Below the pieces are notes generated by a model. That model saw nothing but the letters and a program-made list of their open reading frames with translations. It did not search any database and was not told the origin of the DNA. The translations under genes and the position numbers were made by a program. A DNA stretch of 64,000 bases from a virus. Positions within the stretch are counted from its first letter, which is position 1. Each line of letters starts with the position of its first letter. Below are positions 1 through 9,288 of this stretch, piece after piece. Where the stretch lies: the IMG/VR virus record IMGVR_UViG_3300025096_002712, positions 1-64,000 of that record. The stretch is one strand, 5' to 3'.

Positions 1-286
1 AGATACTTTTATTCAATATCATTACGATAGTGATTTAGATGGATTTCCGACAGAGCCTGAAAACTCACTTCTCGATTCCACATACCGAGAAACCATACTA
101 AGTGATGGTAGAACACCAGATATGTTATTTAGTGGTGATTTACCTTACAATACAAACAACAATCCATATACTTATTATATAGAAAACGATACGAGTGAAC
201 ACGGGTGGGTAACTAATAGAATGATAGTTACTGATTTAGATCCCGATAGTCCATCATACGAGGAATATGTAATAGGAGAACTTTAA
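1..286 (+). CDS. 3' part of a hypothetical protein, possibly the C-terminus of a pilin-like protein (5'-truncated)
   Basis: Frame 2 is open from base 2 to TAA at 284-286 (DTFIQYHYDSDLDGFPTEPENS...YEEYVIGEL*). The TAATG overlap couples it to the pilin-like gene. Confidence 0.6.
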   Translation, partial: DTFIQYHYDSDLDGFPTEPENSLLDSTYRETILSDGRTPDMLFSGDLPYNTNNNPYTYYIENDTSEHGWVTNRMIVTDLDPDSPSYEEYVIGEL

Positions 287-681
287 TGAACAAAGGATAT
301 ACTATGATGGAAATGGTTATAGTAATTCTTTTGATTGGTATTATGAGTGCCATAGCAGTACCAAGATTTGAGAGAAGGATTGAGTTAGAAGAACTCAGAT
401 TTGAAAAACAATTTACTTATCAGATTTGGGAAGAATTAGAATTATATGCCAAAGAACAATTAGAATTAACAGGAATGGAAAGTTGGCCCACTCATCCACT
501 TTCTGTTTTAGGTCGTACAAGAAATGTCATAATTACTTTTCCGTTAGGAATACCTGATGAAGATAATGAATGGCAATTTGATGGAACTAAATTATATCAT
601 AGGAGAAAGAATAATGAGGTTTGGTATTTCACCTATAACCCTGATAACTTTCATTTGTCTGAACATCCAATTAAGCTATAG
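286..681 (+). CDS. Type IV pilin/pseudopilin-like protein (prepilin N-terminal cleavage/methylation motif)
   Basis: N-terminus MNKG|YTMMEMVIVILLIGIMSAIAVPRF matches the class III signal: basic leader, G at -1, aromatic at +1, E at +5, hydrophobic helix, then P. Upstream AGGAGA SD. Confidence 0.85.
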   Translation: MNKGYTMMEMVIVILLIGIMSAIAVPRFERRIELEELRFEKQFTYQIWEELELYAKEQLELTGMESWPTHPLSVLGRTRNVIITFPLGIPDEDNEWQFDGTKLYHRRKNNEVWYFTYNPDNFHLSEHPIKL

Positions 682-1267
682 TCAAGATACTTTGGTAACG
701 ACACAATGGCCTCATATTGCTCGTGTATCCGATTTCAAAATGGGTACATTCAGAGGAACACCTTGTGATGATACAGAATATAGAGATGACAATGGTTCAC
801 CAGCTTGGAAAAATTATGGTGGGTGGTTATCTGAATGTGATTCATTATGGACAACATATAATGATTCGGTATTTACTGAAAGAGATAAAATCAGAAGAAT
901 AGAAAAGGCCAAACAAGATAGTATTGATATGGCAAATATAGATTTTGATACAGAATTAGATTTAGATGCCATGTGGGATAATACAGTTTGGAATGAGATA
1001 GTAGATATTCAAGATACCGAAGTATATGAAGTAGAACAAATAACAGCAGTTGCTGGTGTTCGTGGAGCAGAAGCCGAAGATGAAGCGTTACATCACTTAT
1101 ATTACAGAAGGAGTATGAAAGGGATTGCATTAATAGACTTACAGACAGCTTATGGTAAGTTACGAAATAAGAAATCAGAACTGATCAAAAAAGATCCTGA
1201 TCATCCCAAATTAGAAAAGATAAATTTTCTATTATCTCAATTGGAAATAAAGATAAAAAATACTTGA
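614..1267 (+). CDS. Putative secreted hypothetical protein
   Basis: Track ORF is 557..1267. The more likely start is ATG 614, preceded by AGGAGA at 601, giving the signal-peptide-like MRFGISPITLITFICLNIQLSYS. Contains a TAVAGVRG motif. Confidence 0.55.
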   Translation: MRFGISPITLITFICLNIQLSYSQDTLVTTQWPHIARVSDFKMGTFRGTPCDDTEYRDDNGSPAWKNYGGWLSECDSLWTTYNDSVFTERDKIRRIEKAKQDSIDMANIDFDTELDLDAMWDNTVWNEIVDIQDTEVYEVEQITAVAGVRGAEAEDEALHHLYYRRSMKGIALIDLQTAYGKLRNKKSELIKKDPDHPKLEKINFLLSQLEIKIKNT

Positions 1268-1292
1268 CTTTTATAGTTTTTTTTCGTAGATT
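1264..1292 (+). promoter_or_regulatory. Sigma70-type promoter candidate (TTGACT-N17-TAGATT)
   Basis: TTGACT at 1264-1269, 17-nt spacer, TAGATT at 1287-1292, about 30 nt upstream of ATG 1321. Confidence 0.5.
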
Positions 1293-1320
1293 CCAGTATA
1301 GATTGGAAAGGTATAATTAA

Positions 1321-1773
1321 ATGAAATTAGAAGAACAAAAAATAGAATATATTATAACAAGTTTAATCGTAGTTATATTATTAGTAACTTTTTGGCCAAC
1401 AAGAGAAGTAATAGTTACAGAACAAGTTTATGTTGGTGAAGAAGAATTTAATCAACATCCACTAATTGCATGGCCAGACACTCACGAAAAATGGAATGGT
1501 AAAGAAGGTGATATAGTAAGAGTAAAATATAGAGTAACAAGTAGAAATACAAAGTTATGGATGTTTGATGTAAGTACTGGAAAATTAGTTCACGAACAAT
1601 CGTATCACCGAGATCCGTGGGAAGATAAACATAGAGATTTTACTTATGTTTGGAAACTATATAAATCAGAACGAAGTGATTATATACCACCAGGAACATA
1701 TGAGATAATAATTGGTGGAATGTATAAACCAACATCCAATGTTGGAAAAATAACCACCATTATAACAATTTAA
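1321..1773 (+). CDS. Membrane-anchored protein with an Ig-like (FlgD-Ig-like) domain
   Basis: N-terminal TM segment (IITSLIVVILLVTFW), then a beta-rich domain ending W...YIPPGTYEIII. Confidence 0.5.
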   Translation: MKLEEQKIEYIITSLIVVILLVTFWPTREVIVTEQVYVGEEEFNQHPLIAWPDTHEKWNGKEGDIVRVKYRVTSRNTKLWMFDVSTGKLVHEQSYHRDPWEDKHRDFTYVWKLYKSERSDYIPPGTYEIIIGGMYKPTSNVGKITTIITI

Positions 1774-1780
1774 CCGCAAA

Positions 1781-1814
1781 AAAAAGGGGAAATAAATTAA
1801 TAGTTCCCCTTTTT
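1781..1814. terminator. Bidirectional intrinsic terminator
   Basis: AAAAAGGGGAA...TTCCCCTTTTT inverted repeat with A/T tracts on both sides, lying between the convergent genes 1321..1773 and 1831..2052. Confidence 0.8.
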
Positions 1815-1830
1815 CATTATCCGATAATAG

Positions 1831-2052
1831 CTATTTACGGAATAAACCCACCAACACCAACAATGCGACAAGTCCAGCAAATCCAGATTCGCCGAATTGA
1901 TTTATGATTGATGTCAGGTTACCAATAACATTTACACCAAAGACTCCACTTCCGAACAATACTTCACCAACGGCTCCTATTGCTACAAAAGAAATGAGTA
2001 GGTGAGCTATATCGTCCACCCAACCTTTGACTAATGTGATGACTTCCTTCAT
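1831..2052 (-). CDS. Small hydrophobic two-TM membrane protein (73 aa)
   Basis: Two hydrophobic Gly-rich segments, basic C-terminus, GGAGA SD upstream on the minus strand, and its own terminator. Confidence 0.75.
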   Translation of the reverse strand: MKEVITLVKGWVDDIAHLLISFVAIGAVGEVLFGSGVFGVNVIGNLTSIINQFGESGFAGLVALLVLVGLFRK

Positions 2053-2118
2053 TAGTTATCTCCCGTTTATTTTTCTTATCATTTAACAAAAAAGGGATTC
2101 TTAACTTCCGTTTTCTGT

Positions 2119-2138
2119 TGTCGAAATATCTTTCGACA
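2119..2138. repeat. Perfect 8-bp inverted repeat TGTCGAAA-N4-TTTCGACA
   Basis: Read directly. It lies in the divergent intergenic region next to a minus-strand TATTTAT motif. Confidence 0.7.
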
Positions 2139-2257
2139 TAAATAAATATAGTATATACATTTTTTCCATTTGCAATATATATGCACTCATTTTTCAGTTA
2201 TTTTATATTTATTTATGAGTTATAACATCTATTTTTAATACAATATAAGGAAATAAA

Positions 2258-2650
2258 ATGAGCAAAGATTACGAATTATTTGAAGGTAAGTCACTATCAT
2301 CATTATTTCAAGACATTTATGATAATTCTAAACATAATAAAACCCAATTAGAAATGTTGGTAAAAGAAGTTACAAGTTTTATCAAGGACGGAGATATGGC
2401 TATTCAGTTGATTCCTATGATAAAAGAGTATTTGGAAATAAATGTAAAGAATGATGAACAATTAATTAAGTTGGCTACAATAGTCCAACGATTAATTTCT
2501 GCAGAAAATAAAGGTGGTGCGGAAGCAGAGTTTGGTTTATCAGAAAAAGAAAAAGAACAATTACTCAAAAGTATAGATGATGTAGTTGTAGATATACAAA
2601 AGAAATCAGACGAAATTACGGATGATATTAAAACAGTCAAGGATAATTAA
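2258..2650 (+). CDS. Hypothetical helical phage protein
   Basis: 130-aa ORF with an AAGGA SD; first gene of the structural operon. Confidence 0.7.
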   Translation: MSKDYELFEGKSLSSLFQDIYDNSKHNKTQLEMLVKEVTSFIKDGDMAIQLIPMIKEYLEINVKNDEQLIKLATIVQRLISAENKGGAEAEFGLSEKEKEQLLKSIDDVVVDIQKKSDEITDDIKTVKDN

Positions 2651-3972
2651 TGGCATATTTAACAACTGCTGGTCCAAAATCTTCTAAGGAAAAACCATAT
2701 ACTGGAAAGCGTTTAGAAAAAGTCGCAACAATATCTGATGTTCATAATGAAATTGAAAAATATGGAACACCTTTACCAGGCCAGTTTTTTTATGAATTGG
2801 AAGTTGCTGAAGTATTGGAAATATATTTAAATCCTGATAGTTTACCTAAAATACCTAATCCAGCAAATCCAGACGGGGATGAAATAGCAAATTGGGATTT
2901 AAAGGGATATATTAAGGCAAGAATGGTAGAGGTTAACGGTGGTGTTATGGATATTAGACTTATTAGACCGATGAGCCCAAATATAAATGATTATCCACAA
3001 CCAGGTGAATATGTTGTTGTTGGTAGATTTTTTGATGAAGATTATTACATGGGTAAAGTTGGTATTATTAATCATGTAAACTCAAATATACAAAAAAATA
3101 GAAGTCTTGGAGATTATGGACCAGGATATCGATATCCATATCAAACAAAATATTTTTCAGCCAATCGTAGAATAAGAGATGTTGTACCCTATGAAGGTGA
3201 TATTATATTTAATGGTAGATTTGGTCAGTCGATAAGACTTGGAAGTAACATATCACAAGTTACAGAATCAATTTTAAGAGGACCTGGTATAGAAGAAAAA
3301 CCCATTGAAGATACAGGAAAAATAAATTCACCGAACCTTATTTTTAGAACAGGACAATCAAGTGGATCAAATACTACGAATGATTGGGATTTTAATGATG
3401 TTTTATATAAAAATAGATCGGTAAGAGAAGATATTAATAACGATGGGGCTTCTTTGTGGATGACTACAAAACAAACCGTACCATTAGAGTTTGCAGCAAA
3501 AAGTTTAGTTAAACAAACAATAGAACTTCCTGATGAGGAATCATCTAAAAAATTAGAAGGTAAACAAATAGTTTTAAACTCAGATAGAATAGTTTTTAAT
3601 GCAAGAAAAAAAGAAATATATTTATCAGCAGGACATAGTGTAGATATATCTGCAAATAGAAGTGTTGTTGTAGAAGTACCAGAAGATGGTGGTGTTCAGT
3701 TAGGAACATTAAAGGCAACAGAACCGGCTGTTGGGGGTGATGTATTGATGGACATTATTGATAAACTTATGACATCAGTACAACAATTTGCTAGTAAATT
3801 AATACCTACGACTGGAATAACAACCGTTCCTGGATCACCTGTACCATTGAGTCAAATAAATGTAGCGGCAGGTGGTTTGATGTCGGATATGATACAATTA
3901 AAAACACGATTAGAAGAACCAAAAAGTAAAACTATAAAGGTTGGTCATATGACTTCACCAGTTATTAAATAG
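2650..3972 (+). CDS. Putative baseplate spike/hub protein (gp5/gpV-like OB-fold plus beta-strand repeats)
   Basis: N-terminal 'YPQPGEYVVV' OB-fold-like motif; 'GRFGQSIRLGS' and 'GKQIVLNSDRIVFNA' beta-strand motifs; located upstream of the gp25/gp6-like genes. Confidence 0.55.
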   Translation: MAYLTTAGPKSSKEKPYTGKRLEKVATISDVHNEIEKYGTPLPGQFFYELEVAEVLEIYLNPDSLPKIPNPANPDGDEIANWDLKGYIKARMVEVNGGVMDIRLIRPMSPNINDYPQPGEYVVVGRFFDEDYYMGKVGIINHVNSNIQKNRSLGDYGPGYRYPYQTKYFSANRRIRDVVPYEGDIIFNGRFGQSIRLGSNISQVTESILRGPGIEEKPIEDTGKINSPNLIFRTGQSSGSNTTNDWDFNDVLYKNRSVREDINNDGASLWMTTKQTVPLEFAAKSLVKQTIELPDEESSKKLEGKQIVLNSDRIVFNARKKEIYLSAGHSVDISANRSVVVEVPEDGGVQLGTLKATEPAVGGDVLMDIIDKLMTSVQQFASKLIPTTGITTVPGSPVPLSQINVAAGGLMSDMIQLKTRLEEPKSKTIKVGHMTSPVIK

Positions 3973-3981
3973 GGGTAGAAA

Positions 3982-5361
3982 ATGCCAATAAGATGTAAAA
4001 GTATAGCAGCACAAAAAGTTGATTTAAATGCAGGCGATAAAATAATATCTGGATGTGAATTATTAAAGGGTAGTATTCTTGTAGATGGTGAAGAAGGATT
4101 CCCACTTCAGTTTATTGATAAAGATGGATTTGCAGGAAGTGATGGTGCAACTGTTTTATGGCCCGAAACAGGAAATGATATTTTTCAATATTCACCCAAA
4201 GAAAAGGTTCCAGTAGGAACTTATATACATAAAGGTCAAGTATTGGATGATGAAGAATGGTTTGATGCTCCACATACGGTACAAAATGAAGGGGCTATTG
4301 CAGGACCTCAAGGTAGTGATATGTTGGGAGGCGGTACAGGACCATTTGATGATACAGTAGAACCAACTCAAGGTACACCACCAGAAGTTGCACAGCCAGG
4401 AGCTGGAGAAGGATTTTGTGATAAAGATGGTATTTTCCCTGGTGAGGAAGATCAAAGTTGGTTAGATGATTTATTAAATATGAATCTTCCAGATTTAAAG
4501 ATGTTTAATCTAACTGGGTTTACAGCATATATTACAAAACAATTAACCAAACTTTCTTCAGCAGTACAAAAAGTTCAACAAGAAGTTGATAAACTTGTAG
4601 CAAAGGCCAAACTCGATCCAGATGATATTTGTAAAACACCTATACCTGAGATTATCAAATGGTTACAGGATTTTATCAAGGCGATGATGAAATTGATGCC
4701 AATTTTGATGAAGATATTACAAGTAATTAAAATTATAAAAAGAATTTTAAAAATTATTAGGAAGATTTTAAAGTGGACACCACCATTCGTTGTTCCACTA
4801 ATAGAGAAACTATTAGAGTTACTTTCTCTAATGGGATTAGTAGATATGGTTGTAAATTTATTGATTCAGACGGTTGGTAGATTTATGGCAATATTACCTA
4901 TATTACAGGCACAATTAATGGCTATTTTAGCACAATGTGCAGGACAAGATTTAACAGATAAAGACTCTTGTGAAGCGGCAGGTGGAACTTGGATAGAACC
5001 AGAAGATGTTGCAGCACTACAAGAAACACTTAATCAATTAACAAGTGAAGCAAATGCAATGGCACAAATGTCAAGTGGTGACGCTTCAGATGCAGGTGGA
5101 GATGCAGGTGGAGAAGATGGTGTACCAGAATTAACAGTTGGTGCAGCAGATGGAGATTCAGTTGGATTTTGTTCAATACCATATCATTCAACACAAGAAG
5201 AATGTGAAGAAGCAGGTGGAACTTGGACACAGGTAGATGTCGATACAGATTTTAGTAAAGTAGATACTTCTTCACTTACTAATGAATTGGCAAAACAAAT
5301 ACAAGAATTGGATCGTTGTTTTGCAGATCCAGATTTAGAACGATATTTAGAAGAGTTATAA
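3982..5361 (+). CDS. Hypothetical virion-associated protein with a long amphipathic helical region and two CExAGGTW repeats
   Basis: Acidic N-terminal part, hydrophobic/basic helical middle, and DSCEAAGGTW / ECEEAGGTW repeats. Confidence 0.6.
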   Translation: MPIRCKSIAAQKVDLNAGDKIISGCELLKGSILVDGEEGFPLQFIDKDGFAGSDGATVLWPETGNDIFQYSPKEKVPVGTYIHKGQVLDDEEWFDAPHTVQNEGAIAGPQGSDMLGGGTGPFDDTVEPTQGTPPEVAQPGAGEGFCDKDGIFPGEEDQSWLDDLLNMNLPDLKMFNLTGFTAYITKQLTKLSSAVQKVQQEVDKLVAKAKLDPDDICKTPIPEIIKWLQDFIKAMMKLMPILMKILQVIKIIKRILKIIRKILKWTPPFVVPLIEKLLELLSLMGLVDMVVNLLIQTVGRFMAILPILQAQLMAILAQCAGQDLTDKDSCEAAGGTWIEPEDVAALQETLNQLTSEANAMAQMSSGDASDAGGDAGGEDGVPELTVGAADGDSVGFCSIPYHSTQEECEEAGGTWTQVDVDTDFSKVDTSSLTNELAKQIQELDRCFADPDLERYLEEL

Positions 5362-5377
5362 TATAAAGGAGATAACA

Positions 5378-5872
5378 ATGAAGAAACAAGAACTAATAAA
5401 GATAATAGAAACTGTAGTTCGTAAGGAAGTTAAAAAACAAATGAATGAGATATTTATTAAAGATAACGATTCATCTTCGCTTACTGAATTAGTTTCAGCT
5501 CCAACACCGAAACCAAAGAAAGTTCAGAAACCAAAAAAAGAGGTTCAATATACATCAAATGAGGCACTTAATAGAGTTCTGAATGAAACTGTTGGTGGAG
5601 TTCCACAAGGAGAAAGTGGTGGATATGAAACTATGGGTGGTGGAGTCTTTGATAGCAGTAAAATAAATGATATACTTGTTAGAGAAACTGGTTTGGGAAA
5701 TCCAGAATCAGTAAAGGAAAAGAAACGAGAAATAGCAGCAGTTGATTCTATTAAGAAGGCTGGTGTGAATGTTGACCAAGTTCCTGACCATGTAACAAAT
5801 GCATTAACAAGAGATTATTCCGCAGTTCTTAAAGCTATAGACCAAAAGAAAAATAATTCTTTTCGTCCATAA
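5378..5872 (+). CDS. Hypothetical phage protein
   Basis: 164-aa ORF with a strong AAGGAGA SD. Confidence 0.7.
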   Translation: MKKQELIKIIETVVRKEVKKQMNEIFIKDNDSSSLTELVSAPTPKPKKVQKPKKEVQYTSNEALNRVLNETVGGVPQGESGGYETMGGGVFDSSKINDILVRETGLGNPESVKEKKREIAAVDSIKKAGVNVDQVPDHVTNALTRDYSAVLKAIDQKKNNSFRP

Positions 5873-5882
5873 GAGGTGAGTA

Positions 5883-6905
5883 ATGGCATTAGATAAAAAT
5901 TTTTTAAAATACAAACTTGAAAAAATTAAGAATGATGATATTTTTAAGGATCAAGATACTGAGTCTAAGCGTAGACAACGAAAAGAAAACGCTAAAAAGG
6001 CACGAAAAGAGGCAGATGCAATTCATTCTTATATAACTGGAGTGGATGAAAAACAAGCATTATCAAATAGATCTTTTATAGAGCCAGATAGTATGCCGGG
6101 TAATCTATTTATATCAGATATAGGACAATTAAGTTTAACTCAAGTAGATGGTCCTAAAACGAAATCATCAAAAATACTGGCATTATTAAATAGACATAAA
6201 AACTTTTCTAACGCAAATAGTGTTCGTAAAATAAAATTAAAAGCACTACAGAAGATTTTCGATGGTTTAAAGTTAGTTTTTCAAAGGAATAAAATATCAC
6301 TTGAAAAAAATCTTGAAGTAAAAGGAAATGTTGAATTAGGTGAAAAAATAACGATAGGTAAAGATGGAATTGTAGGAAATAACTTTAAAGTTGGTCGCGT
6401 ACTTGATACACGAAATTTAGTTGTTAGGAATGAGATAATTATAAAAAAAGATTTGAAGATAGGTGGTAATACTAATATATTTAAATCATTAAAAGTTAAT
6501 GATAATATTTCTGTAAAGAAAAGTGGTCATGTAAGGGGTAATTTAAAAATTGATGGAGATATAGAGCTCGGTGGGGAACTTAATTTTGTAGATGTGGCAG
6601 GTAGACAAGGTGTAGCACCACAGAGTTTGACTCCAAATGGATATGTTGAGTTACCTGGAGGTGTGATAATGCAGTGGGGAACGGATACGAGAAATCAAGA
6701 TGAAGCTTATATAGTTAATTTTCCAAAACCATTTCCAAACGCAGTTTTTTCAGTTATGTTAAACAGACAGGCGTCAAATGATGCCGGGCAGAATAAAACT
6801 TGGGCAGTAACAGCAACATTACCTACTACAACGGGATTTACCATTGATAGGGACGATGATATTAGTGGTACACAAACAATGAATTGGTTAGCAATAGGGA
6901 ATTAA
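5883..6905 (+). CDS. Tail-fibre-like protein with beta-helix repeats and a C-terminal gp53-like/H-lectin-like domain
   Basis: Short periodic 'NLEVKGNVELG' repeats. The C-terminal 'NGYVELPGGVIMQWG...VNFPKPFPNAVFSV...WLAIGN' is typical of fibre-tip domains. Confidence 0.65.
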   Translation: MALDKNFLKYKLEKIKNDDIFKDQDTESKRRQRKENAKKARKEADAIHSYITGVDEKQALSNRSFIEPDSMPGNLFISDIGQLSLTQVDGPKTKSSKILALLNRHKNFSNANSVRKIKLKALQKIFDGLKLVFQRNKISLEKNLEVKGNVELGEKITIGKDGIVGNNFKVGRVLDTRNLVVRNEIIIKKDLKIGGNTNIFKSLKVNDNISVKKSGHVRGNLKIDGDIELGGELNFVDVAGRQGVAPQSLTPNGYVELPGGVIMQWGTDTRNQDEAYIVNFPKPFPNAVFSVMLNRQASNDAGQNKTWAVTATLPTTTGFTIDRDDDISGTQTMNWLAIGN

Positions 6906-6916
6906 GGAGAATATAA

Positions 6917-7345
6917 ATGGGAGCAAGAGAAAAAGATTTAAATCCAGATACTTTTATTGGATTAAAACTTCCATTGGGATATTCAGATTCAGGATATTTC
7001 AAACAAACTAAAACTACAATTGAACAGGCAAAATATAATATTATTAATTTAATGAAAACTGTTCCTGGAGAAAGACTCGGCCAGCCAGCTTTTGGATCCT
7101 TGTTACAGAATATATTATTTGAACCAATGGATGGAGAAATTGGAGATAGGATAGAGGAGGCAATTAGAGATACACTTGCAAAATGGTTGCCATATATTAA
7201 TATTACAAATATAGAAGTTACTCAACCAGAACACGATAATAATAGAGTTAATGTAGCCATAGATTTTGGGTTGTCATTTGAACCTGATAGATTCGAAAGT
7301 GTGTCAATAGACTTTGAACAATTCGAATCAGCTATTAAAGAATAA
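6917..7345 (+). CDS. Baseplate wedge protein, T4 gp25/GPW-like
   Basis: 'NIINLMKTVPGERLGQPAFGSLL..ILFEP' and 'IRDTLAKWLPYINI' are gp25-family motifs. Confidence 0.85.
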   Translation: MGAREKDLNPDTFIGLKLPLGYSDSGYFKQTKTTIEQAKYNIINLMKTVPGERLGQPAFGSLLQNILFEPMDGEIGDRIEEAIRDTLAKWLPYINITNIEVTQPEHDNNRVNVAIDFGLSFEPDRFESVSIDFEQFESAIKE

Positions 7346-7356
7346 GGGAGAAGAAA

Positions 7357-9288
7357 ATGGCTAAAGCAGTTAGTAAAGAAGTAAAATATTTAAATAGAGA
7401 TTTTTCATCGTTTAGATCTGGATTAATGGATTTTGCTAAAACATACTTTCCGAATACATATAATGATTTTAATGAGTCAGATCCAGGTATGATGTTTATA
7501 GAAATGGCATCATATGTTGGTGATGTTTTGTCATATTATATTGATGAACAATTTAAAGAAAGTATGTTAGCATTTGCAGAAGAAAAGAAAACCATATATG
7601 AAATTGCACAAGGTTATGGATATAAACCAAGACAATCTTCACCAGCCACAGTTGAATTAGATGTTTTTCAAACTGTACCCGCAAGTTCAACTATAGTAAG
7701 TTCAAATGGTTTACAACAACCAGATGAAGATTATTGTCTTACAATACCAGCAGGAATGCAAGTAACTTCCACAAATGGAACTATTTTTAGAACATTAGAT
7801 GATGTAATATTTAGTGATTCAAGTTCATTGAGTCCAAGACAGGATGATATTTATGAGGTTGATAATAATAGTAATGTTAGTAAGTGGTTATTGAAAAAGA
7901 GTAAAATTAAAGCAGTTAGTGGAACGACAACTACTGAATATGTTCAATTCGGAGCAGCAGAAAAATATAAAAGAATAGCCTTACAAAATACTCCAGTATT
8001 AGAAATAATTTCAGTAACGGATAGTGATGGAAACAAATGGTATGAAGTTCCATTTTTAGCACAAGACACAGTTTATTCAGATTTTCAAAACAATTCTAAG
8101 AACTCTCCTGATTTAGTTTCTGGAAGAAGTTTTGCACCATTCCTTTTAAAACTTGTAAAGACATCAAAACGATTTACAACTTTTATTAGACCCGATGGTA
8201 GAACAGAAATGAGGTTTGGTTCTGGAGTAGCAGCTGGAGCGGACGAAGAAATTATTCCAAATCCAAGTAATGTGGGTTCTAATTTACCAGGAACACCAAG
8301 TTTCCTTGATACATCATTTGATCCAGCAAATTTTTTAAACACAGAAACTTATGGTCAATGTCCAACTAATACAACACTTACAATTAAGTATTCTTATGGT
8401 GGTGGAGTTGGTGATAATGTAGCTTCAGGAATGACAACGAGTGTTAGTCAAATGAATGCAGAGTTTGATAATTCTGTGACTTTAAATAATAATTTAAAAT
8501 CAATTTCACAGAACTCTGTAGCAGTAACAAACCCACAACCCGCAACGGGAGGGAGTGGAGCAGAAACACTTGAAAATGTTAGAACAAATGCATTAGCTTA
8601 TTTTCAAGCACAAAGTAGAGCAGTAACTAAAGATGATTTTATAACTCGTGTATATTCATTACCAGCCAAGTATGGTAATGTAGCAAAAGTTTATATTATA
8701 CAAGATGAACAAGTTGCAGCAATAGACCAGAATACGGGAGATACAACATATCAGGCTAATCCATTAGCACTAAATATGTATATGTTGGGATATGACCAAA
8801 ATAAAAAATTAGTTAATGTAAATAACGCAGTGAAAGAAAATGTAAAAACATATTTAAGTCAGTATAGAATGATGACAGATGCAGTACAAATTAAAGATGC
8901 TTGGGTATGTAACATTGGTATTAGATTTGCTATTTTTACTAAGAAGGGATTTAATAAGAATGAAGTGGTGTTTAATTGTGTTAATAAATTAAAAGTGTAT
9001 TTTCACGCAGATAAATGGCAAATAAATCAACCAATAATTTTAGCTGATGTTGTTTCGGAATTATTATCAGTTGAAGGAGTTGCTTCCGTTGTAAAACCAC
9101 AGGCTGGTAGAGATGAGTTAATTATCGTTACTAATAAGTGGGGTTCCGCACAGGGATATTCTAATAATATATATGATATTAAATCTGCAACTCATAATGG
9201 AGTAGTATATCCATCTGTTGATCCGGCAATTTTTGAACTTAAATATCCTGATAGTGATATTCAGGGTAGAGTTTTAGGAGATATCTAA
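7357..9288 (+). CDS. Baseplate wedge protein, T4 gp6/baseplate-J-like
   Basis: 'DFNESDPGMMFIEMASYVGDVLSYY', 'GYGYKP' and 'ATGGSGAETLENVR...QSRAVTKDDF' motifs; directly follows the gp25-like gene. Confidence 0.85.
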   Translation: MAKAVSKEVKYLNRDFSSFRSGLMDFAKTYFPNTYNDFNESDPGMMFIEMASYVGDVLSYYIDEQFKESMLAFAEEKKTIYEIAQGYGYKPRQSSPATVELDVFQTVPASSTIVSSNGLQQPDEDYCLTIPAGMQVTSTNGTIFRTLDDVIFSDSSSLSPRQDDIYEVDNNSNVSKWLLKKSKIKAVSGTTTTEYVQFGAAEKYKRIALQNTPVLEIISVTDSDGNKWYEVPFLAQDTVYSDFQNNSKNSPDLVSGRSFAPFLLKLVKTSKRFTTFIRPDGRTEMRFGSGVAAGADEEIIPNPSNVGSNLPGTPSFLDTSFDPANFLNTETYGQCPTNTTLTIKYSYGGGVGDNVASGMTTSVSQMNAEFDNSVTLNNNLKSISQNSVAVTNPQPATGGSGAETLENVRTNALAYFQAQSRAVTKDDFITRVYSLPAKYGNVAKVYIIQDEQVAAIDQNTGDTTYQANPLALNMYMLGYDQNKKLVNVNNAVKENVKTYLSQYRMMTDAVQIKDAWVCNIGIRFAIFTKKGFNKNEVVFNCVNKLKVYFHADKWQINQPIILADVVSELLSVEGVASVVKPQAGRDELIIVTNKWGSAQGYSNNIYDIKSATHNGVVYPSVDPAIFELKYPDSDIQGRVLGDI

